From IMG/VR virus record IMGVR_UViG_3300046536_000173, positions 19,471 to 83,470 of that record: DNA of 64,000 nt. One strand, given 5' to 3'. Each line of letters opens with the position of its first letter. Within the stretch, counting starts at the first letter, position 1. Below the pieces are notes generated by a model that saw only the letters and a program-made list of their open reading frames with translations, ran no database searches and was not told where the DNA came from. The position numbers and the translations under genes were made by a program. This document shows positions 1 through 8,945 of this stretch, piece after piece. Source of the DNA: a virus.

Positions 1-1
1 C

Positions 2-772
2 GCCTCCCAGCAATTCGACGCGTCCGGTCTGTCCTGGGGCAGCGGCGCGTGGTTCCAGCAATTGCAACCCGGATCGTGGCGGGGCGTGGGTTTCGTGCTC
101 GACGCCGGGGACACCGCCGCCGGTCGTCGCGTCGCGATCCACGAGTATCCGTATCGCGACACCGCCTGGGCCGAGGATTTGGGCAAGCTGCCGCGCCGCT
201 TCACCGTGCAAGCCTTCGTCGTCGGCGACGACTGCTATCAGCAACGCGACGCGATGCTTCGCGCCGTCGAGCAATCCGGGGCCGGGACGCTCGTGCATCC
301 GACGCTGGGCAGCGTGCAATGCGTGCTCCTCGAATTCTCGTGCGCCGATCGGCGCGAGCGAGGCCGCGTCGTCGAGTTTCAATTCGCCTTCATCATCGCG
401 GGCGATGTGCAATTCCCCTCGACCGCGATCGCCACCGTGCAAGGTGTCCTGGGCGCCGCCTCGAAGCTCAACATCGCCTCCGCGTCCGACCTTGGCTCGA
501 CGCTCCAGAGCATCGGCGCCGTCGCGAAACAGGTCACCTCGACCGTGAGCAAGTACGCTGGTATCGCGACGGGGTTGGTCGGAGACGCGACCCGGATATT
601 CAACAGTGTGCGCGGCCTCGTGGGTTTCCACGGACGCTATGCGACCGGAAGCCGCTCAACCCTCCAGTCTGTCAACCGAACCGTGCAAGGCGCTCTGAGC
701 GCCGCCACGACGGCGCGGACGCTGGTCAACACGTCCGCGTCGCTCGTGACCCGCCTCGCGAGCTTCCTGTGA
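2..772 (+). CDS. Mu gpN-like DNA circularisation protein, N-terminal part (5'-truncated by window edge)
   Basis: LQPGSWRGVGF...GRRVAIHEYPYRD...EDLG...GTLVHPTLG motifs. The frame is open from base 2 and matches 39265..40146. Confidence 0.85.
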   Translation, partial: ASQQFDASGLSWGSGAWFQQLQPGSWRGVGFVLDAGDTAAGRRVAIHEYPYRDTAWAEDLGKLPRRFTVQAFVVGDDCYQQRDAMLRAVEQSGAGTLVHPTLGSVQCVLLEFSCADRRERGRVVEFQFAFIIAGDVQFPSTAIATVQGVLGAASKLNIASASDLGSTLQSIGAVAKQVTSTVSKYAGIATGLVGDATRIFNSVRGLVGFHGRYATGSRSTLQSVNRTVQGALSAATTARTLVNTSASLVTRLASFL

Positions 773-1335
773 GCGAGCAAAGCGACGCCTTCGCCGCCGC
801 CGCCGCAGCGCTCGCCGACGCGCTCGCCGCCTCCGCGAACGATCCCGCCGACGCGATCCGCATGTTGCTACCGCTCGCTGGTTTCATCCCGCCGCCGGTC
901 GCCGGAACCGGCCCGCTCGCCGCGAACGCGCAAGCCGCGCAAGACGCGGTGGCGTCGAACCTCCGATGCGCCGCGTGCGCCGCCCTGGCGACGGCCTCGA
1001 CCCGCTATCTGCCCGCCAGCTATCAGGACGCCCAGGCGTTGCGCGTGACCGTGTGCGGTGCCCTCGACGCCGAGGTGACCCGTGCGGGCGACGCGGGCCG
1101 GGACGCGACCTATCAGGCGCTCCGCGAGCTTCGCGCCGCCGTCGCCCTCGACCTCGCCGTGCGCGGCGCCAACCTCGCGTGGCTGGTCGAGATCGTGACC
1201 CGCCAGCCGATGCCGTCGCTCGCCGAAGCCTGGAGCCTCTACCGCGACACGCCGCGCGAACCGGGGCTGGTCGCGTCCGCCGACCCGCCGCATCCGCTGT
1301 TCCTCCCGACGAGTTTCCCGGCGCTCAATCAATGA
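769..1335 (+). CDS. Mu gpN-like C-terminal part
   Basis: GTG overlaps the upstream TGA. PSLAEAWSLY...HPLFLP C-terminal motif. Homologue at 40143..40709. Confidence 0.75.
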   Translation: MSEQSDAFAAAAAALADALAASANDPADAIRMLLPLAGFIPPPVAGTGPLAANAQAAQDAVASNLRCAACAALATASTRYLPASYQDAQALRVTVCGALDAEVTRAGDAGRDATYQALRELRAAVALDLAVRGANLAWLVEIVTRQPMPSLAEAWSLYRDTPREPGLVASADPPHPLFLPTSFPALNQ

Positions 1336-2594
1336 GCGACGCGATCGGCGCCATCGCGCACGGTGTCGCGCCCCGCCCGCCGCCCGGATCGTCGGATGTC
1401 CTGTCGTTGACCGTGGGCAATCAGACCGTGACCGGCTGGCAACGCGTCTCCGTGACGCGACCGCTCGCCGCGATCCCCGCGAGCTTTTCGATCGAGGTGA
1501 CGGAGCGCTATCCGTCCGCCGCCGACATCGACCTGAAGCCCGGGCATCCGTGCACCGTCAAGATCGGCTCCGATCTCGTGCTGACCGGATACGTTGACCG
1601 CTACGCGTCGAGCATCAGCGCCGCGCAGCACACGATCCGCGTCGAGGGACGCAGCATGTCCGCCGATCTGGTGGATTGCTCCGCGCTTGTCGCGGGCACG
1701 AGCGCCGGAAGCGCCTCGACGCCGGGGCTTCAGGTGCTCAACGGATCGACGCTCGACATCGTGCGCAAGCTCGCCGCGCCTTACGGGGTCACCGTGCAAT
1801 CGACGGCTGGCGACGGCATCCAGGTGCCGCAATTCAACATCAACCTGGGCGAAACCGTGTGGGAGATCGTCGATCGGATCACGCGCTATTCGGAAATGGT
1901 CGCTTATGACATGCCAGACGGCTCGATCATGCTCGCGAAAGTGGGCACGACGCCGATGGCGTCGGGTTTCAAGGTCGGAGTGAACGTTGAAGCCGCCGAC
2001 GTGATGTTTTCGACCGATCAGCGCTATTCCGAATACGAAGGGCATCTGATGTCGATGATGGCGCTGGGCACCGATGGCGGGGTGAATTCGCCAGGGGTCG
2101 GTGAGATCATCCGCGACGATGAAATGACCGCGCTGCGCCGCCCGGACGGAAGCCCGCGCTTCCGCAAGCTCTACATCATCAGCGAGCAATTCGTGATGGG
2201 TCAGCCGCTCGCCGGAAAGCGCGCGATCTGGGAGAAAAATCGACGCTACGGCCAGAGCTTCAACTTCACCGTGACATGCGACGCGTGGCGCGACACCGCC
2301 GGAAAGCTCTGGTCGCCAAACTATCTCGCGCCGATCGACGCCGAAGCGCTGAAGCTAAAGCATCGCGACTGGCTGATCGGCACCGTCACCTATCTCCGCG
2401 ACGAAAGCGGACAACACGCCCGCCTGTCGCTGTGGCCCCCGGAGGCATTCAGCGTCGAGCCGACATCGCCGAACGTGCTGGTCACGCAAGACGATGTGAA
2501 CCGCAACAACGCGACGAAGCCGAACCCGCCCGCCCCGCCCGCGCCCGCCCAATCGAAGGGCACGGCCTTGCCGCCTGGACAGATCGACACATGA
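1332..2594 (+). CDS. Baseplate hub protein (Mu gp44/GpP-like)
   Basis: [25 protein letters not shown] and GETVWE motifs. ATGA overlap start. Confidence 0.85.
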   Translation: MSDAIGAIAHGVAPRPPPGSSDVLSLTVGNQTVTGWQRVSVTRPLAAIPASFSIEVTERYPSAADIDLKPGHPCTVKIGSDLVLTGYVDRYASSISAAQHTIRVEGRSMSADLVDCSALVAGTSAGSASTPGLQVLNGSTLDIVRKLAAPYGVTVQSTAGDGIQVPQFNINLGETVWEIVDRITRYSEMVAYDMPDGSIMLAKVGTTPMASGFKVGVNVEAADVMFSTDQRYSEYEGHLMSMMALGTDGGVNSPGVGEIIRDDEMTALRRPDGSPRFRKLYIISEQFVMGQPLAGKRAIWEKNRRYGQSFNFTVTCDAWRDTAGKLWSPNYLAPIDAEALKLKHRDWLIGTVTYLRDESGQHARLSLWPPEAFSVEPTSPNVLVTQDDVNRNNATKPNPPAPPAPAQSKGTALPPGQIDT

Positions 2595-4360
2595 CCGCCG
2601 CCGCGCGCCTGTATCGCCGCGTGATGATGTCGGTGATGCCGATGAAAATCACCGCGACCGACGACAGCGGTCCCGTGCACCGTGCCCAGGTCCGGGGCTT
2701 CCCGAACGAAACGATCGACGCGATGCCGATCCTCCAGATTTACGGTCTCGCCTCGCACGCCATGCCGGGATCCGATGCGATGGCGATGTTCGGCAGCGGC
2801 GACCGATCGAACGGCGTCATCGTCGCGACCGGCAATCAAAAGCATCGGCTGCGCAACCTGAAGTCGGGCGAGGTCGCGCTGTATGACGACAACGCCTCCG
2901 TGCTGAAGCTCGCCAACGGCGGCAACGTCGAGATGACCGCGAAGGGCACGCACACGACGAACGTCCCGACCGTCGTCGTCAACGCGAAGGATGGCGTCAA
3001 GGTCACGACCCCGCTTGTCGATGTGCAGGGGCGGCAAACGATGGCGCATCCGCCCGTCGCCTCGAATGAGGTCGTGACGAAAGCGTATTGCGACGGCAAC
3101 CGGGGCAGCGGATCGCCCGGACCCGCTGGCCCGCCTGGGCCCGAGGGACCGCCTGGACCGACCGGACCGCAAGGCCCGCAAGGCAACACGGGCGCCGCCT
3201 CGACCGTGCCCGGACCCGCAGGCCCGCAGGGGCCGAAGGGCGATCCCGGAGCGACGGGCTCGACCGGATCGCAGGGACCGCAAGGTGCGACCGGAGCGAC
3301 CGGACCACAAGGGCCGCAGGGTGCGAGCGGCATTCCGACCGACGCGCCGTATGACAATTACGCTTACATGCGCGTCAACGCGTCGTGGCAAACCGGGGGC
3401 ACGCTGGCTGGAAGCCTGACCGTCAACGGCAACTTCAACGCCATCGGCAGTTCCGCCGCCGCGTATTTTTACCTCAACCCCACGGGCGGGAGCATTCAGG
3501 GCGACGCGAACTATACTTACTTCTACCAGGACAGCGGCAACTGGCACTGGCGTTACCAGCGCTCGACCGGGATGATGAATTACATCCGTGGCGGCGACTG
3601 GGCGAACCTGTTCCAGGTTGACGGCGGCGGCAGTATTTGGAACCCCGGAAGCGCCACGAGCGGCAACGCGACGACCGGACGGATGCGCGCGACCAACGGA
3701 GTCATGAGTAGCAATGGCCTGATGTATGTCGCCGACAACGACGCTTACTATTTTGGCCGTGGTGGCGACGGCACCTGGACGATCACCGATGGCGGTGTGG
3801 CGAACCTCTATTACAACGGCGGCAACCTGACCGTGAATGGTCGGTTGGCCTGTCAATCGACGGGCGTTTGTTACTCCAACGTCGGGGCGCAGGGCTTCAA
3901 CTTTCGCTGGGACGGCGCGAACTTTTTCATCCGCGCGGACAACTCGGTTGAGTGGGCGCTTCAACCCTGGAGCGACGAGCGAGTTAAAGGGGATATCGCG
4001 CCGTCAACGTTCGATTGCCTCGCCGCCGTTCAAAAAATGCCGCTCTATCAATTCCGCTTTCGCCACGCGCCGGACCCGGCCAAGGCACTTAGCGCCGAGG
4101 TGCCGGAGGGCGCGCCGCTGGTGCCGGTCGGCTTCATCGCGCAGCGCGCCGACGAGGCATTCCCTGGCAGCGCCTTTCGGGGCACCGAAGCCGGGGGCAG
4201 CGTGGGCGGTGCGACGACCTTTTGGCAGATGGACCTCAACGTTGTTTCCGCCGCGCTGTGCGGCGCGGTGAAGCAGCTTGACGCGCGCAACGCCGAACTC
4301 GCCGACACCGTGCGACAGCTATCCGCGCGCCTCGCTCAACTTGAACAAGGGAGACCCTGA
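2591..4360 (+). CDS. Baseplate spike (Mu gp45-like) fused to collagen repeat, fibre-like domain and S74-type chaperone
   Basis: N-terminal Q.YGLAS..PGSDA...GDRSNG...[14 protein letters not shown], about 23 G-X-Y triplets, then [10 protein letters not shown]...VGFIAQ and a coiled-coil end. Confidence 0.85.
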   Translation: MTAAARLYRRVMMSVMPMKITATDDSGPVHRAQVRGFPNETIDAMPILQIYGLASHAMPGSDAMAMFGSGDRSNGVIVATGNQKHRLRNLKSGEVALYDDNASVLKLANGGNVEMTAKGTHTTNVPTVVVNAKDGVKVTTPLVDVQGRQTMAHPPVASNEVVTKAYCDGNRGSGSPGPAGPPGPEGPPGPTGPQGPQGNTGAASTVPGPAGPQGPKGDPGATGSTGSQGPQGATGATGPQGPQGASGIPTDAPYDNYAYMRVNASWQTGGTLAGSLTVNGNFNAIGSSAAAYFYLNPTGGSIQGDANYTYFYQDSGNWHWRYQRSTGMMNYIRGGDWANLFQVDGGGSIWNPGSATSGNATTGRMRATNGVMSSNGLMYVADNDAYYFGRGGDGTWTITDGGVANLYYNGGNLTVNGRLACQSTGVCYSNVGAQGFNFRWDGANFFIRADNSVEWALQPWSDERVKGDIAPSTFDCLAAVQKMPLYQFRFRHAPDPAKALSAEVPEGAPLVPVGFIAQRADEAFPGSAFRGTEAGGSVGGATTFWQMDLNVVSAALCGAVKQLDARNAELADTVRQLSARLAQLEQGRP

Positions 4361-4361
4361 C

Positions 4362-4712
4362 ATGGCCGCTTTGATCATTCCGAACATGACGCCATTCGGC
4401 TCGATGACAAATCAGGCAACCTCGCGCCTGATCAACCTCAACGCGACGATCGAGCGCCTGAAGGATGCGATCGCCACCGCGAGCGCTGGCTACACGGGCA
4501 CACCGGGCACGCAATTCGAGGCCGCGCCGATGGGCGTCGGGGCGCCGCCGCCCGCGCCGAACAATTTCGGGGTGCAACCCGACCCGGAAGCTCTGGGCGA
4601 GAACGGCACCGACTACGCCTACGCGGTCGGGGTGTTGACCGAACAGTGGGCACTGTTCTGGGCCGCCGCCGAAGCCTCGATCAATCAACTCGACAATGGC
4701 GGGACGCTCTAA
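4362..4712 (+). CDS. Hypothetical protein unique to unit 1
   Basis: AAGGGAG RBS and ATG directly after the spike gene. No counterpart in unit 2. Confidence 0.65.
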   Translation: MAALIIPNMTPFGSMTNQATSRLINLNATIERLKDAIATASAGYTGTPGTQFEAAPMGVGAPPPAPNNFGVQPDPEALGENGTDYAYAVGVLTEQWALFWAAAEASINQLDNGGTL

Positions 4713-4739
4713 GCGCGAGCGCGGAGGAGACGCGCGCCG

Positions 4740-5384
4740 ATGCCAGGGTGGATCGGGTCTTCAACGCAATGGGACCACGGTGCGACGACCTGGGATACCG
4801 TATGGGACCCGACCGGGCTGGAGGTCCCCACCGCCGAAGGCCCGGTACTGCCCGCGAACTGCGCTGGCGACGTTTATATTCGATGGGACAACAGCAACGC
4901 GATCGGCGACTGGACCCTCGCCGTGGGCGATCTCCAGACCGGGCAAGACCTGGAGACGGCATGTCTCGTGTCGCTGTTCACCGACAAGCTCGCGACGCCC
5001 GACTTCGTGCCGACCGATGGAAGCTCCGACCGTCGCGGCTGGTGGGCCGACCCTTACAACGACCAGCCGCTAGGCTCGAACCTTTGGCAACTGGAGCGCG
5101 CGAAGAAAACCCGCGACACGCTCGCGATCGCGCGCCGCTATGCCGAAGAATCGTTGCTCTGGCTCGTCGATGACGGCGTGGCGAAAGAGGTCATCGTGAA
5201 CACCTCCTGGCTCGGCACCGCGATCGGATCGACCTTGCTGGGCATCGGCATCGCGATTGTAAAGCCGGATGGCTCGCTGACCCGCTTTACCTTCGGTTGG
5301 GCGTGGGAAGGGCTCGCGGTCCTGCCGTCGCCCGTGCGCGTGCCGCCGCCGCCGATGCAACGTCAACGCGCGCTGGTGAGGTAA
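4740..5384 (+). CDS. Baseplate protein (Mu gp46-like)
   Basis: [30 protein letters not shown] and YAEESLLWLVDDG motifs. Confidence 0.88.
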   Translation: MPGWIGSSTQWDHGATTWDTVWDPTGLEVPTAEGPVLPANCAGDVYIRWDNSNAIGDWTLAVGDLQTGQDLETACLVSLFTDKLATPDFVPTDGSSDRRGWWADPYNDQPLGSNLWQLERAKKTRDTLAIARRYAEESLLWLVDDGVAKEVIVNTSWLGTAIGSTLLGIGIAIVKPDGSLTRFTFGWAWEGLAVLPSPVRVPPPPMQRQRALVR

Positions 5385-5390
5385 GATCAC

Positions 5391-6503
5391 ATGCCGTTCG
5401 CCCGACCGACCCTGACCGCGCTCCGCACCGCCGCGATCGAGGACATCACGACATCAGGCGTCCCCGGCCTCGACGGGCTGTTGCGCAACGCGGTGTTGCG
5501 CGTGCTCGCCTGGGTGATGTCGGGCCTTGCGTATAGCGTTTACGGTTACCTCGATTGGATCGCCCGACAGTCGGTCCCGTTCACCGCGACGGATGAATAT
5601 CTCGAAGCCTGGGCGGGCCTGATCGCGATCTACCGCAAGGACTCAACGCCCGCGACCGGAGCCGCCAGCTTCACCGGAGCGCCGGGGCTTGTCGTGCCGC
5701 TGGGATCGACCCTGACCCGCCAGGACGGCACCCCCTACATCGCCACCGACGACGCCACCGTTGACCCGACGGGCAACGTGCTCGTGCCGATCATCGCCGC
5801 CGTGAACGGCGCCGCGACTGATTGCGACACGAACACCCCGATCAGCCTCGACCCGCCGATCGCGGGCATCAATTCCGGGGGCGTGACCTGGGGTCCGACG
5901 ACCGGAGGTTCCGACCAGGAAACGACGGACGAATTGCGGACCCGGATGCTGTTCAAATACGCCATGCCGCCGCAGGGCGGGTCCGCGTCCGATTACATCG
6001 AATGGGCGCTTGAGGTGCCGGGGTGCACGCGCGCATGGATCGAAGGGGAGGGGCACGGGCCGGGTAGCGTCGTCGTTTATCCGATGTTCGACATCGTGAA
6101 CGCCGCCGCCGGGGGCTTCCCGGAGGGGACCGATGGCGGGGCCGCGCTGGAAACGCGCATCCTGCCCGCGACGGGCGATCAGTTGGCCGTCGCCGATTAC
6201 ATCTTCCCGCTGCGCCCGGTGACCGCGCTGGTGTTCGTCGCCGCACCGGACCCGCTCGTGATCAACGTCACGCTCGCCGCGCTCGAACCCAACACCGTCG
6301 AGATCGTCGGGCAGATCACCGCTTCGCTCAACGACATGTTTCTCGCGCTCGGCGAAGTCGGCGGCGTTATTTACCCCTCACAGCTATACGAAGCGATCTC
6401 TCTCACTCCAGGCGTCAACCATTTCGTGATGCAGGCGCCGATCGCCGCCGTCACCGCGACCGCTGGTCAGCTTCCCGTACTGGGCACGCTGACGGTGCTC
6501 TAA
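5391..6503 (+). CDS. Baseplate J / Mu gp47-like wedge protein
   Basis: MPFARPTL, YGYLDWIARQ, GGSDQE and PPQGGS.SDY.EWALEVPG motifs. Confidence 0.9.
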   Translation: MPFARPTLTALRTAAIEDITTSGVPGLDGLLRNAVLRVLAWVMSGLAYSVYGYLDWIARQSVPFTATDEYLEAWAGLIAIYRKDSTPATGAASFTGAPGLVVPLGSTLTRQDGTPYIATDDATVDPTGNVLVPIIAAVNGAATDCDTNTPISLDPPIAGINSGGVTWGPTTGGSDQETTDELRTRMLFKYAMPPQGGSASDYIEWALEVPGCTRAWIEGEGHGPGSVVVYPMFDIVNAAAGGFPEGTDGGAALETRILPATGDQLAVADYIFPLRPVTALVFVAAPDPLVINVTLAALEPNTVEIVGQITASLNDMFLALGEVGGVIYPSQLYEAISLTPGVNHFVMQAPIAAVTATAGQLPVLGTLTVL

Positions 6504-6506
6504 GCC

Positions 6507-7121
6507 ATGCCCGCGCCGACCTTCAGCCCGACCGATTACCTCTGGCAGTTTCAACGCCTCCTCCCGCGTGGCCGCGTCTGGCATCGCGGCTGGGGCACCG
6601 TGCAAGCCGCCGACATCCTGACTCTCATGCCGACCTGGGCACGGTTGAGCGCGCGCGCGAACGATCTCATCGCCGACGTTTTCCCGTGCACGACGACCGA
6701 CCTGTTGCCGGAATGGGAAGCCTCGCTCGGCCTGCCCGATCCGTGCACTGGCCCGCTCGACTCAATCCAGGAACGCGTCGCCGCCGTGTGCGCGAAGTTC
6801 ACCGCGCGCGGCGGGCAGTCGGTCGCTTACTTCATCGCCGTGTGCGAGACGTTGGGTTTCGAGGGTGTCACGATCGACGAATTCCCCGCGACATCCGACA
6901 TCGAAGCGCCTCCGGTCTTTACGTGGCGCGTCAACATTCACACGTCGACGCAGACCGTGTGGTTCCGCGCCGGGGTCTCGACCGCCGGCGATCCGCTCGC
7001 ATCCTGGGGAAGCAATGTCCTGGAGTGCACGCTTGAGCTTCTGAAGCCCGCGCACACGAACATCATTTTCGCTTATCACGACGACGACGCAACAACGTCC
7101 GACGCCGCCGCGTCCGCATAG
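6507..7121 (+). CDS. Mu gp48 / YmfQ (DUF2313)-like baseplate protein
   Basis: LLPRGRVW, LLPEWEASLGLPDPC, GGQS..YFI and KPAHT motifs. Confidence 0.88.
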   Translation: MPAPTFSPTDYLWQFQRLLPRGRVWHRGWGTVQAADILTLMPTWARLSARANDLIADVFPCTTTDLLPEWEASLGLPDPCTGPLDSIQERVAAVCAKFTARGGQSVAYFIAVCETLGFEGVTIDEFPATSDIEAPPVFTWRVNIHTSTQTVWFRAGVSTAGDPLASWGSNVLECTLELLKPAHTNIIFAYHDDDATTSDAAASA

Positions 7122-7130
7122 GGGCCGATA

Positions 7131-8615
7131 ATGCACCGCATCGACAATTCGACCGCCGTCACCGTGATGCCGATCCGCAAGCCCGCTGGCACCGAAGGGT
7201 TCTTCACTCAAGGTAACCAAACGTCTGGCCAGCTCGCGACGATCGTCGAGGCCGACATCCTCAACGCGCTGATGATGGAGATCGCGAACGTCGTCACACG
7301 CGCGGGCATCGCGCTGAACAAGCTCGACGACACGCAGCTATGGGCCGCGATCAACGCGCTGATCAACGCCTCCCGCCTGGGGTTCATGCCTGTCGAGCAA
7401 GGCGGCGGATACCTCCAGGGCAGCAACAAAGTCCGCATCGGTTGGGCGACGGACGGCAGCGGACTGAAAGCGCAGGTCGATGCGACCGACCTGGGGCCGA
7501 TCGCGTTCCTCCAGCGCGCGCAAACCTTCACCGCGACGCAGAGCTTCCAGACCGTCAATGTGACGACGATCAACGGCGGAACCTTCAGCGGATCGTCGAT
7601 CTATTCAAGCGGCGCGATGACCGCCGCCGGAACCGTGACGGGCGGAACCGTCAACAGCAATGGCAACATGACCGCGAGCGGTGGAATGTATGCGGGCTAT
7701 ATTGCCTCGACCGGCAACATCAACGCAGCCGGAACCTTCACGGGTGGCGCCGTGTCGGTCACGGGCGGCGTCAACGGCAACGGACAGGTTCGCGGCGGTT
7801 CGATAATGAGCGCGGGCGGCATTTTCTATGTCGCCGACAACCTCGCTTACTATGTCGGGCGCGGCGGGGACGGAGCGTGGCGGTTCGTCGAAAACGGCAA
7901 CGTCACTTGCACGATCGACGGCGCTGGCAACCTGACCTCCGCTGGTGCCATCGCGTGCACCTATCTGACCAGCCACGGCGGCGGGAGCTTCGCGGGCGAC
8001 GTATGGTCGGGTGGTGCCCTTACCTCGACCGGCAACACGAACGTCGGCAACTCGATCGTCATTCAACACGATGTCATCTTCGCCAACGCGACCAATCCGG
8101 GCCGATCTTCCCTGTTCGGCAACGGCGATCTTGGCTCGCTGATCCTGAATGTCTCGGGCGGCGGCGAGTGCGCGATCCGAGGCTATCGGTCGGCGGGTGA
8201 AACGCAGGTCATCGCGAATGGCGTGATCGGCCTCCGGATCGTGAACAACGGAGATGCCTACTTCATCGCCAACGTATTTGGCGCCGCGTTCAACCCTTCA
8301 GACACGCGCATCAAGGAACAGAGCGCGCCTTATACGCGCGGACTCGCCGACGTGCTGCGCATGACGCCCAAAGCCTACAAGCTGAAGCGCGACCTGGACG
8401 GGCCGCTTCATGTGAGCATCGATGCGCAAGCATTGCTGGAAACCATCCCCGAAGCCGTGGTCGAGCGCGATTGCACGGAACAAGACGGGCTGGCCGATCA
8501 GCTTTTCATTCAACCCGACTTCGTGAATTACGCCATGCTCAACGCCATAAAAGAGATGGCCGCGACGATCGACACGTTGACCGCCCGCGTCGCCGCGCTC
8601 GAAGGGGCGCGCTGA
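7131..8615 (+). CDS. Tail fibre with C-terminal S74-type chaperone
   Basis: MHRID...GFFT.G...LN.L..EI..V baseplate-anchor N-terminus, Gly/Thr-rich body and PSDTRIKE...AQ motif. Confidence 0.85.
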   Translation: MHRIDNSTAVTVMPIRKPAGTEGFFTQGNQTSGQLATIVEADILNALMMEIANVVTRAGIALNKLDDTQLWAAINALINASRLGFMPVEQGGGYLQGSNKVRIGWATDGSGLKAQVDATDLGPIAFLQRAQTFTATQSFQTVNVTTINGGTFSGSSIYSSGAMTAAGTVTGGTVNSNGNMTASGGMYAGYIASTGNINAAGTFTGGAVSVTGGVNGNGQVRGGSIMSAGGIFYVADNLAYYVGRGGDGAWRFVENGNVTCTIDGAGNLTSAGAIACTYLTSHGGGSFAGDVWSGGALTSTGNTNVGNSIVIQHDVIFANATNPGRSSLFGNGDLGSLILNVSGGGECAIRGYRSAGETQVIANGVIGLRIVNNGDAYFIANVFGAAFNPSDTRIKEQSAPYTRGLADVLRMTPKAYKLKRDLDGPLHVSIDAQALLETIPEAVVERDCTEQDGLADQLFIQPDFVNYAMLNAIKEMAATIDTLTARVAALEGAR

Positions 8616-8842
8616 TGTCCGATCCGTCGTCGCCGACGCCTCCAGCCGCGCCGCACAGCAGCGTCATGGTGTCAATCAGCGAGCGGCTGATTCGCGTGCT
8701 CCCGCCCGCCTTCATCGCGCTTCTGGTGATCAACGTGCTGTTTATCGGGGTCATCGCCTGGGTGTTCGACCACAACGCCGAAACCCGCAACGCGCTCCTG
8801 ACCAGGATCGTCGAGCGCTGTTTGCTGCCGCCGCCCCGCTAG
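8615..8842 (+). CDS. Small single-TM membrane protein (possible holin-type/lysis accessory)
   Basis: Hydrophobic stretch LPPAFIALLVINVLFIGVIAWVF. Last late gene. Homologue at 49355..49570. Confidence 0.65.
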   Translation: MSDPSSPTPPAAPHSSVMVSISERLIRVLPPAFIALLVINVLFIGVIAWVFDHNAETRNALLTRIVERCLLPPPR

Positions 8843-8881
8843 ATCGATCTGGCGCGCCCGGCTGGAGCCGCCACACGCCGC

Positions 8882-8913
8882 AAAGCAAAAGGGGTGCCCG
8901 CTTGGACACCCCT
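8882..8913 (-). terminator. Rho-independent terminator of the integrase operon
   Basis: Minus strand AGGGGTGTCC-AAGC-GGGCACCCCT-TTTGCTTT. Identical copy at 49684..49715. Confidence 0.75.
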
Positions 8914-8945
8914 CGCCGTCGTCGCCCCGTGGGGTCTTCCAGGGA

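Noticed and set aside
8877-8921. 45-bp block identical at 49679..49723 as att core
   Set aside because: Its conservation is explained by a terminator hairpin plus U-tract, and no arm-type repeats flank it. Kept only as a second-choice junction.
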